Origin: an uncultured delta proteobacterium
GTDB taxonomy: Bacteria > Myxococcota_A > Polyangia > Polyangiales > Polyangiaceae
Direction of reading: 5' to 3'
Assembly: GCA_963716725.1 (NCBI GenBank)
Contig: CAVQUB010000005.1
Coordinates: forward strand, 64,001 to 128,000
Length of the DNA stretch: 64,000 nucleotides
In this document: in pieces, positions 19,733-28,902 of the stretch
How positions within the stretch are numbered: position 1 is the stretch's first letter
Layout: each line of letters begins with the position of its first letter
The notes under the pieces: generated by a model
Seen by the model: only the letters and a program-made list of their open reading frames with translations
What the model was told of the DNA's origin: nothing
Databases searched by the model: none
Translations under genes and position numbers: made by a program

Positions 19733-19771
19733 GGGCTTGCCAGAAACCACTTTATCCTACACTGTGCGCCA

Positions 19772-20113
19772 ATGGAGCACAGTCGCCGCCACGCACGTCT
19801 CCCGGTGAGGTTCCCCGTCGCCATCGAGAGCCCCGCCAAACCCGGTCGGGTCGGCGTGGTCCGCAACGTCAGCCAGCGGGGGGTCTTGCTCGGCACGCCG
19901 AGCCGCTACCAGCCCGGGCAGCGCGTGCGCCTGCGCTTCAAGACCCGGTCCGGCGGGCCCGAGTTCGATCTGCCGGCGACGGTCGTCCGGATCGAGCACG
20001 ATCCCAACGGCGACTGGCTCGCGAAGCTGGTCGCGTTCGAGTTCGATCGCGACGTGAACGAGGGACGCCTCGACGAGCTGCGCCGGACCTACGAGCTGTT
20101 CTCCGCGGCGTGA
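19772..20113 (+). CDS. PilZ domain protein
   Basis: RRHAR (RxxxR) and NVSQRG (D/NxSxxG) c-di-GMP-binding motifs. Confidence 0.88.
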   Translation: MEHSRRHARLPVRFPVAIESPAKPGRVGVVRNVSQRGVLLGTPSRYQPGQRVRLRFKTRSGGPEFDLPATVVRIEHDPNGDWLAKLVAFEFDRDVNEGRLDELRRTYELFSAA

Positions 20114-20119
20114 TCGAGG

Positions 20120-22303
20120 TCAGTACTCGAAGCCGCTGCCACCGATGAACTCGCGGAGGATCGACGTCGGCGGGACGTGGTCCGGATAGATTGTCACGAA
20201 GCGATCGAGCAGCCCGAGCAAGCGAAACGCCGTCGTGTAGGCGGCATCGGACTGGGGGACCTCGAGCAGGTAGCGCTCGGCGAAGACCTTGAGCACGCTA
20301 AGCTCGTAGATCAACGACGAGTCGAAGACCGCGTCGGCGTGGTGCTGGTACGGAAAGATGTGCTTGCGCTCGCCCGCGCGCACGCTGGGCCAGCGCATGA
20401 TGTTCATCGCCGCGGTGGCCCCTCGCGTATGTCGATCTCTGACAATGCGCCGGATCAGGCGCACGTCGCTGGCGTGCACGCGCGTCAGCCGGTCGAAGGG
20501 CAGCTGGGCCAGGGGACAGGCGAATACGCGGTACACGCTGTCCGCGGGCAGGGTCGACAGCAGCTTTGGGTTCAGGCCATGGATGCCTTCGAGCATCAAG
20601 ATGTCGCGCTCCCCCAGGGAGATCTCCGCCCCGCCTCCGGCGTCGCTGGCGCCCGTCGTGAAGTCGTAGCGCGCGGTACGTAGGGTTTCCCCGGCCAGAA
20701 GTCGGGAGGTGTGCTCTTGCAGGAGGGGGACGCGCAGCGCTTCGAAGGCCTCGTAGTCGTAGTCGCCCTCTTCGTCCCGGGGGGTCTCGTCGCGGTCCAC
20801 GTAGTAGTCGTCGAGCGAAACGCTGACCGGGTTGATGCCGTTCACCTGGAGCTGAACCCGGAGTCGCTTGATGAAGGTCGTCTTTCCCGATGACGAAGGA
20901 CCGGCGATGCACACGACCTTCACCCTGGCGCCGCGTGAGTGGATGTCGTCCGCGATGCGTCCGATGCGCTTCTCCTGGAAGCCTTCGCTCACGCGAATCA
21001 GCTGCGAGACGTCTGCCCCGATGCAAGCGCGATTGAAAGCGCCGATGCTGGTGATGGACAACGTCTCGAGCCAGCGATCCTGGTCGCGGGTCATCGAGCT
21101 GGCTTGTTGGGACACGGCGCGGGCGTGCTGCACTCGCGCCGCCGATGCGCTCGGAGCCGTCGACTCGGACAAGAGCGGTCCCTCGGCGAGCGGAGTGCCG
21201 TAGACCATGAGCAGCGCGCCATCGTCGGCGAGCACCCGGAACTCTTTGGACAGCTTGCCCGCGCTCGAGAGCAGCGCACCAAAGCTCAGCGCGTAGACCT
21301 CGCCACAAGCCACCAGGGGCACCGCCGGCTCTCGCCAGAGGTCGAGCAGCTGGGCCACGTCCTGCCACCCCGCCGCCGCAAAGTGCGCCTTGGCTTCATC
21401 GACGGTCCACCACTCCTCGCGGAGCAAGCTGTCTTCTTCGATCAACTCGCGCATGGTGCGCTCGAGATCGGCGGCCACTCGGCTCAGATCTCCTGGTCCG
21501 CCCTCGGCGATCACGCGCTGTGCGAAGCCTACCGAGTGCCCCATGCGCAGTCGCAGCGAAGGGTCCACCCGGCGCCCGGCGGCCAAGAGCACCAACGCCT
21601 GGCTGTGGCGGTAGATGCGCTGCCCCTCCCAATGATCGGCGGTGAGCGCTTCCACCGTGCAGTCCGACGACAGCGGGCTCACGAGCGAGAGCGCCTTCTT
21701 GTCCACGAGCGCTGCGACGATCAGGCGACCCCGGTCGTACTTCGGCAGCAGATCTTCCAGCGGGGTGCCGGTACGCGCTCGGCGCGGCCGGCCGGCGACG
21801 GTCACGTCGAGGGTCGTGCGTCTGGGCAGGGAACGTTCGTGGAGCAAGAGGCCGACGTTGTCGGTCATATCGATCAGACGTGCCGCCACGCCTCCGACCA
21901 ACGACTGCACGACGGACAGGGCCAGCGTGGGATACTGCCGCGCGAGGTCGTCGAAGCGCTCGCGCGTGAGCACTGCGAGCTCGACGCGAGTGGTGGCGGT
22001 GATGGTGGCGGCGCGGGGGCGGTCGGAGATCAGCGCCAGCTCGCCAAAATGCTCGCCACGGGTGATCTCGTCGAGCTCCAGCCCGTGCCGGCTGATGCTC
22101 GCGGTGCCGTCGAGAACGAAATACATGGCGCGGTCGAGCTCGCCTTCTTGCACCACCACCGTGCCCGTCTCGACCCAGAGCTGGTCCAGAAAGGGTGCGA
22201 CGTGATCGCGCTCGATCGCGGAGAGTCCGCGAAAAATCGGGTTCCCGCTCTCCCGGAGCGCAGAGGATGAGGGCGGGATGCTGGTCGTGGGCCGGATGGA
22301 CAT
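20120..22303 (-). CDS. Cyclic-nucleotide-binding domain / ThrRS-N-like / uridine kinase-family fusion protein
   Basis: CNB: VVQEGE, FGELALISDRPRAAT; middle region resembles the TGS/ThrRS N-terminus (GQRIYRHS); kinase: AGPSSSGKTT, SLDDYY, LEGIHGLN, RLIRRIVRD, WPSVRAGE. Confidence 0.88.
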   Translation of the reverse strand: MSIRPTTSIPPSSSALRESGNPIFRGLSAIERDHVAPFLDQLWVETGTVVVQEGELDRAMYFVLDGTASISRHGLELDEITRGEHFGELALISDRPRAATITATTRVELAVLTRERFDDLARQYPTLALSVVQSLVGGVAARLIDMTDNVGLLLHERSLPRRTTLDVTVAGRPRRARTGTPLEDLLPKYDRGRLIVAALVDKKALSLVSPLSSDCTVEALTADHWEGQRIYRHSQALVLLAAGRRVDPSLRLRMGHSVGFAQRVIAEGGPGDLSRVAADLERTMRELIEEDSLLREEWWTVDEAKAHFAAAGWQDVAQLLDLWREPAVPLVACGEVYALSFGALLSSAGKLSKEFRVLADDGALLMVYGTPLAEGPLLSESTAPSASAARVQHARAVSQQASSMTRDQDRWLETLSITSIGAFNRACIGADVSQLIRVSEGFQEKRIGRIADDIHSRGARVKVVCIAGPSSSGKTTFIKRLRVQLQVNGINPVSVSLDDYYVDRDETPRDEEGDYDYEAFEALRVPLLQEHTSRLLAGETLRTARYDFTTGASDAGGGAEISLGERDILMLEGIHGLNPKLLSTLPADSVYRVFACPLAQLPFDRLTRVHASDVRLIRRIVRDRHTRGATAAMNIMRWPSVRAGERKHIFPYQHHADAVFDSSLIYELSVLKVFAERYLLEVPQSDAAYTTAFRLLGLLDRFVTIYPDHVPPTSILREFIGGSGFEY

Positions 22304-22317
22304 GCGACGTTCCTGGA

Positions 22318-22740
22318 ATGTGGCGTGATAGGTTCGCCCACGTGGCGGCTGAGGAGAAGGGCGTTGTCCCGCCGCAGGCAGTCGTCGGCTGGCGGCGCGT
22401 GGGCTTGGCCGTAGGGACCCTGGTTTTCTTGGCCGTCGCCTGCTCGATGGCAGTTTGGTGGTTCACCGAGGCGCTGCCCATCGCCTGGACGGCCGCGCTT
22501 CCTCTGGTGCTCTACCCGATCTTGGGAGTCTTCGGCCGAGGTCCCGTCGGCGACTTGCGGCGCACTGCCGAGCCCTACGTCGACGCCTACATCTTCTTGT
22601 GCATGGGCGGCATGACCATTGGCGCCGGCATGGAGCAGTGGGGACTGCGCGGTCGGGTCGCGCTCCACGTCATGCGGGCTGTGGGCACCGAGCCGCGCCG
22701 CCTCTTGCTCGGGATGCTCGTGGCTACGGCCGCCCGGTGA
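22318..22740 (+). pseudogene. Truncated SLC13/DASS-family (SdcS-like) anion transporter, N-terminal third only
   Basis: MAVWWFTEALPIAWTAALP, IFLCMGG..IGAGMEQWGLRGRVAL, PRRLLLGMLVATA; stops just before the expected SMWISNT motif; ~140 aa against the usual ~450-550. Confidence 0.8.
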
Positions 22741-22755
22741 ATGTGGGATTCCGGT

Positions 22756-23241
22756 TCAGGGGTCCTTGCGTCGCGTGTAGCGCACCACCATTTTCGAGTC
22801 GGCACCGCGCACGACCAACACGTCGTCGGTCTTCTCGATGACGTGTCGCTCCAGGGTCGTGCCGACGCTCTCGGCCTCGCAAGTGCTGTGCTCGATGTCG
22901 AAGTAAATCATCCGGTCGGCGACCCGGAGCTTCCCCCAGAGATCGCAGATGGGGCGGTGCTGCTGCACCGGCAAGTGGATGTGAAAGCGTCCGTCGCTGG
23001 TCACGTCGAGCCGCGTCACCAGCTTGCTGTTGGCCAAGCCGTTCCAGCCGCCCACGAAGTAGAGGTAGGGATCGCTGCGATCGACGGCCTCGATGGGCTC
23101 GGCGCGGGGGGGAGGAGCGTCGTCGCGTGTGTCCCGCCCGCTCTGGGTCGGGATCACGATTTCGGCTTGGGAGCGCGCCGGGCTCGTGGCGGAGCCCCCG
23201 CAGCCCGCGAGGAGCAGAGTTGCGAGGAGCGGCCACTTCAC
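22756..23241 (-). CDS. Lipoprotein, hypothetical (small beta-barrel/lipocalin-like)
   Basis: GTG start, KWPLLATLLLAGC lipobox; FVGGW...VVRYTR pattern. Confidence 0.7.
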   Translation of the reverse strand: MKWPLLATLLLAGCGGSATSPARSQAEIVIPTQSGRDTRDDAPPPRAEPIEAVDRSDPYLYFVGGWNGLANSKLVTRLDVTSDGRFHIHLPVQQHRPICDLWGKLRVADRMIYFDIEHSTCEAESVGTTLERHVIEKTDDVLVVRGADSKMVVRYTRRKDP

Positions 23242-23291
23242 CCCGGCATCCTGACCTTGCCGGGGCCGAGAGAAAAATCCCCGGGGCCCCC

Positions 23292-23326
23292 TTGACTCGT
23301 GTGATACACGGTGATACACGTATCAC
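23292..23326 (+). promoter_or_regulatory. Promoter/operator: TTGACT -35; GTGATACACG x2 direct repeat plus GTGATAC-AC-GTATCAC palindrome
   Basis: Read directly at 23301-23310, 23311-23320 and 23311-23326; ends 3 nt before the GTG start. Confidence 0.7.
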
Positions 23327-23329
23327 GCC

Positions 23330-23791
23330 GTGACACAGAAACCCTCCGAACCTCCGAAGCCCGAGGAAAACGCCGACGAAGCCCCCGAGGGCGCCGAACC
23401 CAAGAAGGAGCGGGTGCTGCACACCCGCATCCCGGCCGTGCTCGAGGGCGAGCTGAAATCCGCCGCGCGGGCCCTGCGCATTCCGGTCTCGAACCTGGTG
23501 CGCACCATCCTCGAGGACGCGGTCAGTATCGCCGACCGCGCCTCCGAGCGGGTGGAGGACCGCCTGAGCCGCGCGGCCAAGACGGTCCACGACGAGCGCG
23601 ACCGCCTGCGGTCCAAGGCGGTGCGCAAGCCAAAGCTAGACGACGTGGTCGCGTATCAACCCGTCGTCCTGGCGAAGCCGAGCGAGTGCGCCAAGTGCGG
23701 CGCCGAGCTCGCTGAAGGTGATCAGGCCGGTCTCGCGGTTGGCGCGATGCCCGGCGCGGCGCGCTTCGTCTGCGCCACTTGCATGCCCTAG
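23330..23791 (+). CDS. Putative ribbon-helix-helix DNA-binding protein with C-terminal Zn ribbon
   Basis: ERVLHTRIPAVLEGELKSAARALRIPVSNLVRTILEDA fits the RHH pattern; CAKC...CATC. Confidence 0.7.
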   Translation: MTQKPSEPPKPEENADEAPEGAEPKKERVLHTRIPAVLEGELKSAARALRIPVSNLVRTILEDAVSIADRASERVEDRLSRAAKTVHDERDRLRSKAVRKPKLDDVVAYQPVVLAKPSECAKCGAELAEGDQAGLAVGAMPGAARFVCATCMP

Positions 23792-23893
23792 CTGCTTCTA
23801 GAATCACGAAGGTCACCGCGCGAGCATGTTGCTCGTCGATGGCGGACGTGTGTCCCAAGCGCCACTTCGGCGCAGTTTGAACAGGAGTCCATC

Positions 23894-24139
23894 ATGAACA
23901 CGCAAACCGAATCCCAGAACCAGTCCGACGCCGCCGAGATCGCATCTGCCTTCGTCCGAGTGGGCGCCGCATGGGCTCGCTACGGCCTCAGCATCGCGCG
24001 CTCGTCGGTAGAGACCAGCGCCCGCACGCTGGAAGTGACCGCGGGCGCCTTGGGCACCATCGCGAATCGCTTCGAAGAGCTCGCGAAGGACCCCAAGGCC
24101 GAGGGCGACACGGTGAAAACCACCGGCAAACCCGAATGA
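23894..24139 (+). CDS. Small helical hypothetical protein (81 aa)
   Basis: AGGAG Shine-Dalgarno; amphipathic Ala-rich helices. Confidence 0.75.
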   Translation: MNTQTESQNQSDAAEIASAFVRVGAAWARYGLSIARSSVETSARTLEVTAGALGTIANRFEELAKDPKAEGDTVKTTGKPE

Positions 24140-24179
24140 CGCGCGGCCGCGGAACGAGTCGATCTATGCTGTCCCCACC

Positions 24180-25085
24180 ATGGGGATCCGGCAGCGACTC
24201 GTTCTAGTGGTGTGCGTGACAGCGGTGGCGTGTGGCGGCGGCGCGACCAGCGGCCCCGGCGCGGAGCACGCGTCGGGCGTGGAGGGAGCCGATGACGCCA
24301 GGGGAGGCGAAGGCGGCGAAGCGAAGGGTGGGCCCCCGCCCGCCAAGGCGCCCGCGGCGGGGACCAAGTCCCTCGAGAAGCGCACCGCGTCCTTGGTCTT
24401 CGATTTCACGTTGAAGAAGGGGGAGCACGCGGGCGGCATGCAGGCCGGCAGCTGGTCCCTCGAAGAAGAGCGCGCGATCGAGGTCCTCGCCAGCGAGGGC
24501 TCCGCCGTCAACAAGCTGAAGGTGGTCTACGGCCGGCGCGAGTCCAAGCCGCTGCTCGGAGTCGAGATGACGACGGCGACGGCCGGTCACACCTACGTGC
24601 TCGAGTCGAAGGGCGGCAACGTCGACATTGGCCGCGGCGATGGCAAGGACGTCAGCGGTGGCGAACGCGACGCGCTGATGGCGGAGTACGACTGGGTCGG
24701 TGGTCCGAGCCCGCTCTCGAAGTGGCTTGGCGAGGGCGGGCCCGCGGCGGGCAAGAAGCTCGAAGGCGGTCCGTCGGAGACGCGGGCGCTGGTCGGCGTT
24801 CTCGCGGGCGTCGACTACCAGAGTTCCAAGGTCAGCGTGGTGTCGAAGGGAAAGTCCGGCGACACGCTCACGCTCGACGTGACGACGACGCTCACGCTGG
24901 TGGGTGGCAAGACGCGCTTCGAGCTCACGCTCAGCGGTCCGGCCCAGGTCGATCTGGCGAAGGGCTGGGTGAGCACGCTGTCGCTGAAGGGCACCGCCAA
25001 GGCCAGCGGGACCCTCGACCACAAGAAGGGTGTGCTCGACGTGACCGGCACGGGCAAGGCCGAGATCAGCCGCAGCGCCGAGTGA
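24180..25085 (+). CDS. Lipoprotein, hypothetical (beta-rich)
   Basis: AVAC lipobox; TATGCT-N9-ATG; strong GC3 bias. Confidence 0.8.
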   Translation: MGIRQRLVLVVCVTAVACGGGATSGPGAEHASGVEGADDARGGEGGEAKGGPPPAKAPAAGTKSLEKRTASLVFDFTLKKGEHAGGMQAGSWSLEEERAIEVLASEGSAVNKLKVVYGRRESKPLLGVEMTTATAGHTYVLESKGGNVDIGRGDGKDVSGGERDALMAEYDWVGGPSPLSKWLGEGGPAAGKKLEGGPSETRALVGVLAGVDYQSSKVSVVSKGKSGDTLTLDVTTTLTLVGGKTRFELTLSGPAQVDLAKGWVSTLSLKGTAKASGTLDHKKGVLDVTGTGKAEISRSAE

Positions 25086-25154
25086 AGCGAGCGATGGATG
25101 CTTCAGGCCGGGTGTGGCCGCGCAGCTTGCGAGGATCGTAGTACCGTATCGCGC

Positions 25155-26954
25155 ATGAAGCGGCTCCTCCTTCTCGGGTGTCTCGCGCTGGCGTTGTCCT
25201 GCACCGATTCCAATGACGACAACGGTCCCAGGGACGCTGGCAGCCAAAGCGACGCCGCCACTCCCAGCGACGCTGGTGGCCAAGGCGACGCCCAACCGGG
25301 CGATGGTGGGACTTGCGTTCCCACATGCGCGGCCGGTCAAGGGTGCGGAAATGATGGCTGCAATACCGATACCTGCGGCATTTGCGCCGCCAACGAGATC
25401 TGTCAACCGGACCTCACTTGTGCCGTGCCGGCCCCGGAAACTTATCTCGCCGTCGTCAACGACTCCGAGACCATCTCCAATTGCATGGCGCCCTGCGCGG
25501 TGCAGTTCGATGTGCAGGCAGCCGAAAACCTCAGTTGGACCCAAGTACGCGACGGTCGCTTCATCTGGAATTTCGACGACGGTGGGTCGACGGCGGACAG
25601 CGAGGGATTTCTCGCCGCGACCGTCTACGAGACACCCGGGACTTACCAGCCGACGGTCACCGTAAACGGCCAAACGTGGACGGCGCAGACCATCCAGGTC
25701 ACGGCGCCCGATTGGGTGGGCTGCGTTTCACCCGCTAGCCTGGGAGTCGGCCGGTTTGACGATTGCCCGGATAGCACCCACCACTATGACGACCTGAACG
25801 CGGCGCTCGGCGCAGCGAGCGGCAGCTTCCACGTACTGCTGGATCGGGCCTCGGCCGCCTCCTACGGCAATCTCCCAGAGAACGCCGGCAAGCCATCCAT
25901 GATTGGTGCCTACGGTGCCGAGGTCACCTTGCCGAAGGTCGGCACCGCAGACGCCCGTCCTCGTTCAAATTGGCGCTACGTGGATCTCGACATCACCGTG
26001 AGCGGCGACGCCGGTATTGGGTTCGTCAACGGCTTCGGCGTGCTGCTGCTTCGCGTCAATTCGCACGGGACGACGAAGTACAATCACATGGCTGCCGATG
26101 ACGGCTTCTTTCTGATCGACAGCCGATTCCGAGGCAATGACTACGTCCTGATCGGCGGCGATGTGGTCCGCCCGACAGCGAAGGGCAGCACCTTTGTTCG
26201 CACGGTGGAGGGTCAGAGCACCTTCCGAATGTCCGGCGGAAAGAAGGAGCTTTACCAGAACTGTTCCTTTGATTGTGACGGTTGTGGCAGCCAAATCGGG
26301 CTCACGATCCGCGCAAACACGGACTGGGTGCTCGTCCAGGGCAACACCTTTCTGGAGAACGCGGGTGCGGCTGCTGACGCCGGCGATCCCAACGTCACCC
26401 ATCGATACATCATCTGGGAGCGCAACCTCTACGACCTCAGGACCGCTGAGCAGAATTTCCAAAACGCTTTCAGCATGCGAGACAGCGTCATTCGGAACAA
26501 TGTGTTGCTCGACCCAGCGAGCGGTGGCGCTGGAGTCGCCATTGCGGTGGGAACGGTATCTGGAGAAGACTCAGGCAATGTGTGGGTGACGAACAACACC
26601 ATCATCCAGAGCAACCCAGACAAGATGGCGGTCCTCTTGGACTGTGTCCTGGGAGGTTGCGTCAACAAGAACAACCTAATGTTCTCCACCGGGAGCTCGT
26701 TCGACAAATGCTTCTCGGGGGGCACGCTTTCAAACAACTGGTGCTACTCGAGCAACTACTGTTTGAATCCGAACGGATCGACCACGCCGTGTTCGGCTCC
26801 GAGCTTCGTGAGCACCGACCCGACGAGTGCCGACTTCGCCCGGCCCGCAGCAAACACGGTGGGCATCAACGCTGGCGACCAGACAGTCCCCGTCTTTGAC
26901 GACTACTTCGGAACACCGCGAACCATGATTGACGTGGGTGCGGTCGAACGATGA
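25155..26954 (+). CDS. Lipoprotein with PKD-like domain and right-handed parallel beta-helix (pectin-lyase-like)
   Basis: ALSC lipobox; FIWNFDDG...YETPGTY (PKD); VLVQGNTF, IIWERN, VIRNNV, VWVTNNT, VNKNN repeats; C-terminal DVGAVE. Confidence 0.8.
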   Translation: MKRLLLLGCLALALSCTDSNDDNGPRDAGSQSDAATPSDAGGQGDAQPGDGGTCVPTCAAGQGCGNDGCNTDTCGICAANEICQPDLTCAVPAPETYLAVVNDSETISNCMAPCAVQFDVQAAENLSWTQVRDGRFIWNFDDGGSTADSEGFLAATVYETPGTYQPTVTVNGQTWTAQTIQVTAPDWVGCVSPASLGVGRFDDCPDSTHHYDDLNAALGAASGSFHVLLDRASAASYGNLPENAGKPSMIGAYGAEVTLPKVGTADARPRSNWRYVDLDITVSGDAGIGFVNGFGVLLLRVNSHGTTKYNHMAADDGFFLIDSRFRGNDYVLIGGDVVRPTAKGSTFVRTVEGQSTFRMSGGKKELYQNCSFDCDGCGSQIGLTIRANTDWVLVQGNTFLENAGAAADAGDPNVTHRYIIWERNLYDLRTAEQNFQNAFSMRDSVIRNNVLLDPASGGAGVAIAVGTVSGEDSGNVWVTNNTIIQSNPDKMAVLLDCVLGGCVNKNNLMFSTGSSFDKCFSGGTLSNNWCYSSNYCLNPNGSTTPCSAPSFVSTDPTSADFARPAANTVGINAGDQTVPVFDDYFGTPRTMIDVGAVER

Positions 26955-27173
26955 CGCCCTGGAGCTCCGATCAGGCTGAAGCACGCGAGTTTGCTCGGAC
27001 CGAAACCATCCGAGCGGAATGCCATGGGCTTTCGCGTGGGCGACGAGCTCCGGCAAGGTCACCGTCCAGCGCTCGGTGAGGGCTCGCCAGTCGCCCCCGC
27101 AATACTTCTCCACGAGCTCGGCGGTCTTGCCGCAGAGGAGCGCGGTCAGCTGATCGTGCTTCGGGATCTCCAT
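26955..27173 (-). pseudogene. Probable 3'-truncated hypothetical gene
   Basis: MEIPKHDQLTALLCGK...GWFRSEQTR is coding-like for ~65 aa, then has no stop and reads antisense into the beta-helix gene until 26730. Confidence 0.45.
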
Positions 27174-27227
27174 GGCAGGGGAGGGCGCGCTCGAGTTGCT
27201 CGCCGGCAACGCCGAGTGATCGCGCGC

Positions 27228-28229
27228 TCAGAAGCGCAGGACGGCGCCAGCCCAGGTGAAGCCGGCGCCAAAGGCCGCGAGCAAAACCGTCTTGCCGGCC
27301 GTGAGCCGGCCGTCTTGGATGGCGGCGTCGAGGGCCATGGGGATCGTCGCGGCGGTCGTGTTGCCGTACTTCTCGATGTTGTGCACGACCTTCTCTTCGT
27401 CGATTTCGAGGCGCCAGCCCACCAGTTGATTGATGCGCATGTTCGCCTGGTGCGGCACGAAGAGGTCCACGTCTTTGATCCCGAGGCCGGCCTTGCCGAG
27501 CACCTCGTGGGCGACCGCCGGCATCTTGTCCGTCGCCCAGCGGAAGACCTGCTTGCCCTTCATCTTCGGGAAGTGGCGGCCCTCGTCGATCATCTCTTTG
27601 GTGATGCGCGGGATGTGCTTGGAGGCTGGCGCTTCGAGCCAGAGATCTTGTGCCGCCGAGCCGTCGGCGTGCAGTGCGACGGAGAGCAGCCCGCTCTTTT
27701 CGTCCTTGGCGCGGCCGATCACCGCCGCGCCCGCACCGTCGCCGAACAACACGGCCACGTCGCGACCGCGATCGCTGAAGTCGAGCCCCGTCGAGTGCAC
27801 CTCCGAGCCGACCAGCAGCACGTTCTTGTACGTGCCAGTGCGGATCCAGGCGTCGGCGACGCTGAGCCCGTAGATGAACCCCGAGCACTGGTTGCGGACG
27901 TCGAGCGCGGGCACGCCCGGCAGCCCGAGCTTGTGACCCAAGAGGCAGCCCGAGCCCGGAAAGGTGTAGTCGGGGGAGAGCGTGGCGAAGATGATGGCGT
28001 CGATCTCTTCCTTCTTCACGCCAGCGTGGGCGAGCGCCCGCTCCGAGGCGGGCACCGCCAAGTCGGAGGCCCCGATGCCGTCCTCTTCGATGTAGCGGCG
28101 CTCCTTGATGCCAGAGCGCTGGAAAATCCACTCATCGCTCGTGCTCATCAGCTTGGAGAGGTCGTCGTTGGTCACGACCTTGCTCGGAACGTAGCTGCCA
28201 ACGCCCAATATTGCCGAACGTGCTTCCAT
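27228..28229 (-). CDS. fabH: 3-oxoacyl-ACP synthase III
   Basis: TSDEWI, QCSGF (catalytic Cys), LFGDGAGA, VPHQAN, YGNT, AFGAGFTW. Confidence 0.95.
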   Translation of the reverse strand: MEARSAILGVGSYVPSKVVTNDDLSKLMSTSDEWIFQRSGIKERRYIEEDGIGASDLAVPASERALAHAGVKKEEIDAIIFATLSPDYTFPGSGCLLGHKLGLPGVPALDVRNQCSGFIYGLSVADAWIRTGTYKNVLLVGSEVHSTGLDFSDRGRDVAVLFGDGAGAAVIGRAKDEKSGLLSVALHADGSAAQDLWLEAPASKHIPRITKEMIDEGRHFPKMKGKQVFRWATDKMPAVAHEVLGKAGLGIKDVDLFVPHQANMRINQLVGWRLEIDEEKVVHNIEKYGNTTAATIPMALDAAIQDGRLTAGKTVLLAAFGAGFTWAGAVLRF

Positions 28230-28257
28230 TGCCAATCGCGCGCCGTAACATGGCGCC

Positions 28258-28842
28258 ATGGCGATTCGCAAGATTGCTCAGATGGGGAATCCGGTGCTTC
28301 GAGTGCGGGCCCCAGAGGTTCCACCAGAGGAGATTGGCTCCGCGCGCATCCAGACGCTGATCGACGACATGATCGAGACCATGCGCGACGCCAACGGCGC
28401 TGGAATCGCCGCGCCGCAGGTCCACGAGTCGCTGCGCATGGCGGTGATCGAAGTTCACGGCAACCCTCGCTACCCAGACTTTCCCGGGATCCCGCTCTCG
28501 GTACTGGTTAATCCAATTGTCGAGCCGCTGGTGGCCGTCGATCCGCTCGACGATCGCGACGCCATCGTGATGTACGAGGGCTGCCTGTCGGTGGACGGCA
28601 TCCGCGGTCGTGTCCGACGTCCGCGCGTCGTGCGAGTACGTGGCCTCGACCGCGAGGGCCGCCCCGTCGACTTCACCTGGGAGGGGCTCAGGTCGGCGGT
28701 GGTCCAGCACGAGACCGATCACCTCGACGGCATCCTGTTCATCGACCGCGCCGACCCGCGATCGCTGGCCTTCATCGGGGAATACGACCGCTACGTGCCG
28801 CGCGAAGAGCGCATGGTCGACGGGGTCGAGTTGGTGGAGTGA
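28258..28842 (+). CDS. def: Peptide deformylase
   Basis: GAGIAAPQ, EGCLS, QHETDHLDG. Confidence 0.97.
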   Translation: MAIRKIAQMGNPVLRVRAPEVPPEEIGSARIQTLIDDMIETMRDANGAGIAAPQVHESLRMAVIEVHGNPRYPDFPGIPLSVLVNPIVEPLVAVDPLDDRDAIVMYEGCLSVDGIRGRVRRPRVVRVRGLDREGRPVDFTWEGLRSAVVQHETDHLDGILFIDRADPRSLAFIGEYDRYVPREERMVDGVELVE

Positions 28843-28902
28843 GCAGGCTTGCCTTGCGCCGCACGATGCCTGCTACGATGACTACCCTCGAGCGCCCCGA
28901 CC

